Origin: Patescibacteria group bacterium
Lineage (GTDB): Bacteria; Patescibacteriota; Minisyncoccia; GCA-002772825
Length of the DNA stretch: 64,000 nt
Direction: 5' to 3'
Assembly: GCA_024654625.1 (NCBI GenBank)
Contig: JANLHB010000016.1
Coordinates: 137-64,136, forward strand
The notes below the pieces were generated by a model. It was not told where the DNA came from, did no database searches, and saw only the letters and a list, made by a program, of their open reading frames with translations. Of the stretch, positions 58,472 through 64,000 are shown in pieces. The translations under genes were made by a program, and so were the position numbers. Each line of letters opens with the position of its first letter. The first letter of the stretch is position 1.

Positions 58472-59626
58472 ATGAAAGAAGATACCTTAAAAGCCGGCGA
58501 ACATTCCTCATCAAAAAAGATTTTAATAGCAACCGGTATCTATCCTCCGGATATAGGCGGACCTGCAACTTATTCAAAGCAATTGTTTGACCATCTTCCT
58601 TTGCATGGGTTTAGTGTCTATATTATGAACTTCAGTGATGTCAGAAATTTGCCTCGGGTTTTGCGCCATTTTGTTTATCTTTTAAAATTACTGAAAGCTG
58701 GAAAAACCGCAGATATAATTTTTGCGCAAGATCCGGTGAGTGTCGGTTTGCCGGCATACTTGGCTTCAAAAATATTAAGAAAGAAATTTATACTTAAAGT
58801 TGTTGGTGATTATGCTTGGGAGCAGTATTGTCAGAAATTTCCAAGTTCCAAATTTCAATTTCCAAGTTTGGAAAAATTTCAAGTTGAGAGGTTTGATTTA
58901 GTCACAGAGCTTAGAAGGAAAACGCAGAGATATGTCGCTTCAAACGCGTTGAAAGTGATAGTTCCAAGTAATTATTTAAAGAAAATTGTTACAAGCTGGG
59001 GTGTTAGCGATGATAAGATTTTTATTGTCTATAATTCTTTTGACTACTCAACTATTCTTGAAAATAGGGACGAACTAAGACGCGAATATAATATAGATGG
59101 CAATATTATTGTTTCTGCGGGGAGGTTGGTCCCTTGGAAGGGATTTGACGCCCTTATTGAGACTATGCCGGATATTTTGAAAAGTAATCCGCATACTAAG
59201 CTTTTGATTATCGGAGACGGTCCGGAGAGAAAAAATCTTGATTCTAAAATTCTGGACTTTGGGATCAAGGATAATGTAATAATGCTCGGCAGGCTCTCCC
59301 ATGAAGAGGTGCTTGCGTATTTAAAAGCTTCTGATATTTTTATATTAAATACCGCTTACGAAGGTTTTTCTCATCAGTTGCTTGAGGTTATGGAATCCGG
59401 TATTCCTATTATCACCACCGCTATAGGCGGAAACCGTGAGATTATAAAAGATGGAGAAAACGGTATATTTATAGAATTTAATGATAAGAAAGCAATCAAA
59501 GAATCACTGCTACGATTACTTTTTGATAAGGAGTTTGGCGGCAATCTTTCCAAAGAAGGGAAGGGAACAGTTAAAAATTTTTCAAAAGAAAGAATGATAA
59601 ATGAAACTATTAAAATATTAATATAA
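58472..59626 (+). CDS. GT4 glycosyltransferase
   Basis: YPPDIGGPA, GRLVPWKG, YEGFSHQLLE. Confidence 0.9.
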   Translation: MKEDTLKAGEHSSSKKILIATGIYPPDIGGPATYSKQLFDHLPLHGFSVYIMNFSDVRNLPRVLRHFVYLLKLLKAGKTADIIFAQDPVSVGLPAYLASKILRKKFILKVVGDYAWEQYCQKFPSSKFQFPSLEKFQVERFDLVTELRRKTQRYVASNALKVIVPSNYLKKIVTSWGVSDDKIFIVYNSFDYSTILENRDELRREYNIDGNIIVSAGRLVPWKGFDALIETMPDILKSNPHTKLLIIGDGPERKNLDSKILDFGIKDNVIMLGRLSHEEVLAYLKASDIFILNTAYEGFSHQLLEVMESGIPIITTAIGGNREIIKDGENGIFIEFNDKKAIKESLLRLLFDKEFGGNLSKEGKGTVKNFSKERMINETIKILI

Positions 59627-59631
59627 TATAT

Positions 59632-60753
59632 ATGGCAAAAAATATTTTAATGATCTCAAGGGACGACTTGATATTTAAAGACGGATCTGATGTGCGAGTT
59701 AGGATGTCTGAATATGGCACCTTGGTAAATAGGCTTGATATCATAGTATTTACTAAAAATGCGACTAACTCTAATTATAATAATCCTGTGAATATAGCAG
59801 GTAATGTATTTGCCTATGCTACTAATTCTAAGAGCAAACTATTTTATATTTCTGATGCTTTAAAAATCGCTCGTAAGCTTAAAAGGCCTGACCTTATCAC
59901 AACACAAGATCCTTTTGAGGCCGGTTTTTCTGGTTGGCTTATAAAAAGAGAATTCAACACAAAATTACAAATACAAATCCATACAGATTTTCTTTCGCCA
60001 TTTTTTAAGAAAGAGTCAATCTTAAATCGTATTAGAGTCGTTATCGCTAATTTTATCATCCCTCGCGCGGATTGTGTCAGAGTTGTCTCCCTGAGGATTA
60101 AGGCATCAATAAAGAAAAAATACAACATTTCTAATGTAGAAGTCTTACCGATTTTTGTTGATGTGAAAAAAATAAGAGAAGCGCCTATCATTGAAAATTT
60201 ACGCAGAAAATATCCGCAATTTAATTTTATAATTCTTATGGCCGGACGCCTTAGTGTGGAGAAAAATATCCCACTGGCGCTCAGTGTTATGAAAGATATT
60301 TTCAGGAAATATCCTAAAGTGGGGCTTGTTATTGTTGGCGCCGGACCGGAAGAAAAGAAACTTAAATATAAAGCCAGAAAAATGAAAAATAATGTGATTT
60401 TTGAACCATGGAACGATAATCTTGCTTCATATTATAAAACAGCCAGTATCTTTTTGCTCACTTCCAATTATGAAGGTTTTGGCAGGACGGTTATGGAAGC
60501 TACGGCTTCTTCTTGTCCTGTTGTTATGACTGATGTCGGACTTGCGGGTGAGATTATAAAAGACGGTTATAGCGGTTTTGTCGTGCCTGTTTCAAATAGG
60601 GCGGCATTGAAAGAAGCGCTACTTAAAATGATCAATGATAAATTGCTTTTCAGCGATCTCGTTGTAAGCGCTGAATATATGGCCGCTGTTTTGTTTGATA
60701 AAAAAGAGTATCTGGATGTTTGCAAAAGATTATGGGAAGAATGCGCATCCTAA
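59632..60753 (+). CDS. GT4 glycosyltransferase
   Basis: GRLSVEKN, SNYEGFGRTVMEA, TDVG. Confidence 0.9.
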   Translation: MAKNILMISRDDLIFKDGSDVRVRMSEYGTLVNRLDIIVFTKNATNSNYNNPVNIAGNVFAYATNSKSKLFYISDALKIARKLKRPDLITTQDPFEAGFSGWLIKREFNTKLQIQIHTDFLSPFFKKESILNRIRVVIANFIIPRADCVRVVSLRIKASIKKKYNISNVEVLPIFVDVKKIREAPIIENLRRKYPQFNFIILMAGRLSVEKNIPLALSVMKDIFRKYPKVGLVIVGAGPEEKKLKYKARKMKNNVIFEPWNDNLASYYKTASIFLLTSNYEGFGRTVMEATASSCPVVMTDVGLAGEIIKDGYSGFVVPVSNRAALKEALLKMINDKLLFSDLVVSAEYMAAVLFDKKEYLDVCKRLWEECAS

Positions 60754-61445
60754 ATTTTTCTTGCTATTGCAATAAAGTTTGAATATCCGCTTTTTCTTTT
60801 TATTTCTTCAATCCTTTTTATTTTAAAATCGTTTTTTTCTAGTAATCGGCATAAATCTTTTTTGGTGAAAGCATGAAGGAAACGAGATTTTCTGTATTTA
60901 TTGAAATTTAAATATATATCTTTAAAATCAAGTTTGGAAAGATCGAATATCTTTAAGAAAGCATATTTTATAATTAGAGGAATAAACTTTTTTTGCCATA
61001 AATTCCAGACTGATATGACTAATATGCCATCGTTTTTTAATACTCGGCGAGCTTCTTTTATAAATTGTTCTCTCAGTTTAGCGGATGGAATATGATGAAG
61101 TACGGCAAACGAAAATATGGTATCGAACAAATTGTCATCAAAAGGCAGATTTATCCCTTCTGTTTTAATAAATGTCGCTTTTGTGCCGTATCTCTCCCGA
61201 GCTATTTTAAGCAGCTCAAGAGATGTATCGCTCCCTGTGTAATGAATATTTTTATCCGCAAGTTGCTCAAAAAAACGGCCGTTCCCGCAGCCGAGGTCAA
61301 GTATTTTATCATTCTCTTTTATTAACCCTTTTATGAAGTTTAATTCCTCCCAAAACATTGTTCTCGTATTGGAAAAATCCTTTGCTATCTTGTCGTAATT
61401 AGCTATTGATTCGGCTAAAATTTCTTTTGCTATTTCTTCTTTCAT
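60750..61445 (-). CDS. SAM methyltransferase, Trm9/ALKBH8-like
   Basis: YDKIAKDFSNTR...W, DLGCGNGR, FAVLHHI....R, ISVW. Confidence 0.75.
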   Translation of the reverse strand: MKEEIAKEILAESIANYDKIAKDFSNTRTMFWEELNFIKGLIKENDKILDLGCGNGRFFEQLADKNIHYTGSDTSLELLKIARERYGTKATFIKTEGINLPFDDNLFDTIFSFAVLHHIPSAKLREQFIKEARRVLKNDGILVISVWNLWQKKFIPLIIKYAFLKIFDLSKLDFKDIYLNFNKYRKSRFLHAFTKKDLCRLLEKNDFKIKRIEEIKRKSGYSNFIAIARKI

Positions 61446-61489
61446 TGTTTATAGTATAGCTAAATTATGGTAATTCTTCCACATTTAAT

Positions 61490-63121
61490 ATGATTTTTAA
61501 AGGTATTAAAACTGAGGCTGACATAGAAAAATTAAAGAGATTTATTGCCAAAGATAAGTCTCTCTATAAGCGTGTCTTAAAGATAAAAAATAAGATTACT
61601 TTTAGGTCCAATAAGTATATTTATAAGACTAAGCCTTTGCCTGTAAATGCAGAGATTCTGGCTCTATATAAAGATATGGTGGAGAAGGGGGAAGAGAAAA
61701 TATCTAAGGATGTGGAATTACTGTTGCGGAAGATAAAGACAAAGAGTAATTCGGGCATAGTCTCCGTGTCTCTTCTGACAAAGCCATTTGCTTGCCCCGG
61801 TAAGTGTGTTTATTGTCCTACGGAGAAACAGATGCCCAAAAGCTATCTTGCTAAAGAGCCTGCCGCCAGTCGCGCCTTGAGAAATAATTTTGACCCGTAC
61901 AAGCAAGTCACTACGAGGCTTCGCGCCTTGGAGACGAATGGCCATCCAGTCGACAAGATAGAAGTTATTGTGATAGGCGGGACATGGAGTTATTACCCTG
62001 AAAAGTATCAGAAAGAATTTATATCAGAGATTTTTAGAGCTTGTAATAATTATAAAAGAAAAGAACATATTAAGAAAAATGCCAAATCGCTTGATAGCTT
62101 GCAAAAATTAAACGAAAAAGCAAAGTGCAGAGTCATTGGATTGTCTGTAGAGACAAGACCGGATTATATAAGCTTAAGTGAGATAAAAAAGATGAGGCGT
62201 CTTGGTGTGACAAAAGTAGAAATAGGCGTCCAGAATCTTGACGATGATGTGATGTCAAAAAATGCGAGGGGAATTTCAAAAGAAAGAATTGCCGAGGCAA
62301 CGGCCCTCCTTCGCTTGGCAGGGTTAAAGATTGTTTATCATATGATGCCCAATCTATACACAAGCACTTACAAAAAAGACGTAGGGATGTTTAAAGAGCT
62401 TTTTTCTAACTCTCTCTTTTATCCGGATATGTTGAAAATATATCCGTGTGTTGTTCTTAAAAATAGCAGTTTGTATAAATTGTGGCAGAAAGGTGAATTC
62501 AAGTCTTACGGTGATAAAAAGCTTGCGAAATTATTGATAGAAGTTAAAAAAGGTATCCCTAAATTTGTAAGATTGATTCGAGTTATCCGCGATATTCCGG
62601 CTGAATATATTGTGGCCGGAAGCAAGATTTCAAACTTGAGACAGCTTCTCGAAGCTGACCAGATAGAAAATAATTGGAAGTGCAAGTGCATCAGATGCAG
62701 AGAGATAAGAGAAGCGGATTTTGATTTAAATGAATTAATTCTTGAAAAGGAAGAGTATGAAACTTCTGTCGGTAAGGAAGTGTTTTTAAGCTGGGAGAAA
62801 AAATCAACTGATAAAATAGCCGCATTCGCGCGTTTATTTTTGCCTTCAGCGTTTGATAAAAGTGAGACGCTTCCTGTTGTCCGTGGATGCGCTATCATAA
62901 GGGAACTTCATACGTATGGCAGGCTTGTGCCTGTGGCGGAAAAGGGATTGCAGAGCCAGCACCGTGGGCTGGGCAGTTCTCTTATTAATGAGGCTGAAAA
63001 GATGTCTAAGGAGGCCGGTTATAAGAAGATAGCCATAATCTCAGGCATTGGAGTCAGGGATTATTATCGGAAATTAGGATATCGGCTTGCCGATGGATAT
63101 ATGGTAAAATCATTAATATGA
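61490..63121 (+). CDS. elp3: Elp3-like radical SAM/KAT tRNA U34 modification enzyme
   Basis: CPGKCVYCP, MPKSY, GGT, ETRPD, LKIYP, C.CIRCREI, IRELHTYG, QHRGLG, ISGIGVRDYYRKLGY. Confidence 0.9.
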   Translation: MIFKGIKTEADIEKLKRFIAKDKSLYKRVLKIKNKITFRSNKYIYKTKPLPVNAEILALYKDMVEKGEEKISKDVELLLRKIKTKSNSGIVSVSLLTKPFACPGKCVYCPTEKQMPKSYLAKEPAASRALRNNFDPYKQVTTRLRALETNGHPVDKIEVIVIGGTWSYYPEKYQKEFISEIFRACNNYKRKEHIKKNAKSLDSLQKLNEKAKCRVIGLSVETRPDYISLSEIKKMRRLGVTKVEIGVQNLDDDVMSKNARGISKERIAEATALLRLAGLKIVYHMMPNLYTSTYKKDVGMFKELFSNSLFYPDMLKIYPCVVLKNSSLYKLWQKGEFKSYGDKKLAKLLIEVKKGIPKFVRLIRVIRDIPAEYIVAGSKISNLRQLLEADQIENNWKCKCIRCREIREADFDLNELILEKEEYETSVGKEVFLSWEKKSTDKIAAFARLFLPSAFDKSETLPVVRGCAIIRELHTYGRLVPVAEKGLQSQHRGLGSSLINEAEKMSKEAGYKKIAIISGIGVRDYYRKLGYRLADGYMVKSLI

Positions 63122-64000
63122 AGCTTCTATTTATAACTCAAAAAGTTGATAAGAGTGACGATCTCTTGGGTATCTATCATGAGTGGATTAAAAAACTAGC
63201 TTCGGAGTTTGAATTTGTTCACGTCATCTGTCTTTATAAAGGAGAATATGATTTGCCTTTTAATGTAAAAGTTCATTCTCTTGGGAAGGAGGAATATTTT
63301 CGGAAAAGGTGCGACCTTGGAGGAGGAGCTTGCGACGGAAAAAGATCGTTCCTTGAGGAGAAAATATTTTCGCGCGTTAAATATGTCGTTCGCTTCTATA
63401 AATATACTTGGCTCTTAAGAAAGGAATATGACAGTGTGTTTGTCCATATGAACCCGGAGTATCTTATATTGGCCGGTCCCATATGGAGGCTCTTGGGTAA
63501 AAAAGTTGTGTTATGGTATGCGCACTTTCTTGATAGTCTGAAGTTGAGAATAGCTGTTTTCTTTATTAATAAAGTTGTAACTTCCGTAAAAGAGGCATTT
63601 CCTTTCAACACAAGAAAGCTTGTTGTCCTGCAACAGGGTATAGATATACATAGATTTACTCCTAAAGAATCTGGTATCTCTGAGGATGGTAAGATAGATA
63701 TACTTTTTGTCGGCAGAATAAGCCCTGTAAAAAATCTAGATACACTTATTAAGGCGTTTGGTCTCTTGATAAAAAAGCATCATAATTTGCATCTTAATAT
63801 TATTGGTGGTCCTACTGAAAAAGATATGGATTATTTCCAGAAAATTAAGAATATGGTAAGTGAGCTTGAGATTGAGAAAAATGTTTCGTTCCTGGGGAAA
63901 GTACCTAATGATAAAACGCCGGAGATATATAATGATAATGATATTTTTGTTAATCTTACAAAAACTGGAAGTTTTGACAAGACGACTCTTGAGGCCATGG
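63118..64000 (+). CDS. GT4 glycosyltransferase, 3'-partial (absent from the ORF track)
   Basis: ATGA overlap with elp3; MKLLFITQKVD..., VFVHMNPEY, VGRISPVKN, TGSFDKTTLEAM. Confidence 0.88.
   Translation, partial: MKLLFITQKVDKSDDLLGIYHEWIKKLASEFEFVHVICLYKGEYDLPFNVKVHSLGKEEYFRKRCDLGGGACDGKRSFLEEKIFSRVKYVVRFYKYTWLLRKEYDSVFVHMNPEYLILAGPIWRLLGKKVVLWYAHFLDSLKLRIAVFFINKVVTSVKEAFPFNTRKLVVLQQGIDIHRFTPKESGISEDGKIDILFVGRISPVKNLDTLIKAFGLLIKKHHNLHLNIIGGPTEKDMDYFQKIKNMVSELEIEKNVSFLGKVPNDKTPEIYNDNDIFVNLTKTGSFDKTTLEAM

Noticed and set aside
1-64000. Alternative genetic code (UGA=Gly, as in Gracilibacteria/SR1)
   Set aside because: Conserved genes are full length under code 11 and TGA ends genes (2017, 63121)

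Overview
AT-rich, gene-dense chromosomal window that looks like a Patescibacteria/CPR (Parcubacteria-like) genome in genetic code 11. That assignment is inferred from gene content and organisation. Most of the window is housekeeping: class II nrdJ, rnpB, murJ, ahpC/sod, lepA, secE-nusG-rplK without rplA, ileS, recO, glyQS, metG, rpsF-ssb-rpsR, efp, recA, ftsK, and rplJ-rplL with an L10 leader. It also holds a dTTP-synthesis island (CYTH, dcd, MtrA-ThyA-DUF4346 fusion, tmk, thyX), large surface proteins and glycosyltransferases. The strongest unexplained signals are: (1) a REP-associated tyrosine transposase (RAYT) carrying its palindrome in and around its own ORF, plus several other short palindrome and heptamer families found in frame inside core proteins and inside the RNase P RNA; (2) a head-to-head Elp3 + Trm9-like pair suggesting eukaryote/archaea-type wobble-U34 modification in a bacterium; (3) two paralogous intergenic structured elements (before sod/rplL and before rplK/rplJ) that show empty versus palindrome-filled sites; (4) frequent leaderless-type promoter spacing. 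No CRISPR array, rRNA or tRNA was recognised. All family assignments are by motif recognition, not database search.
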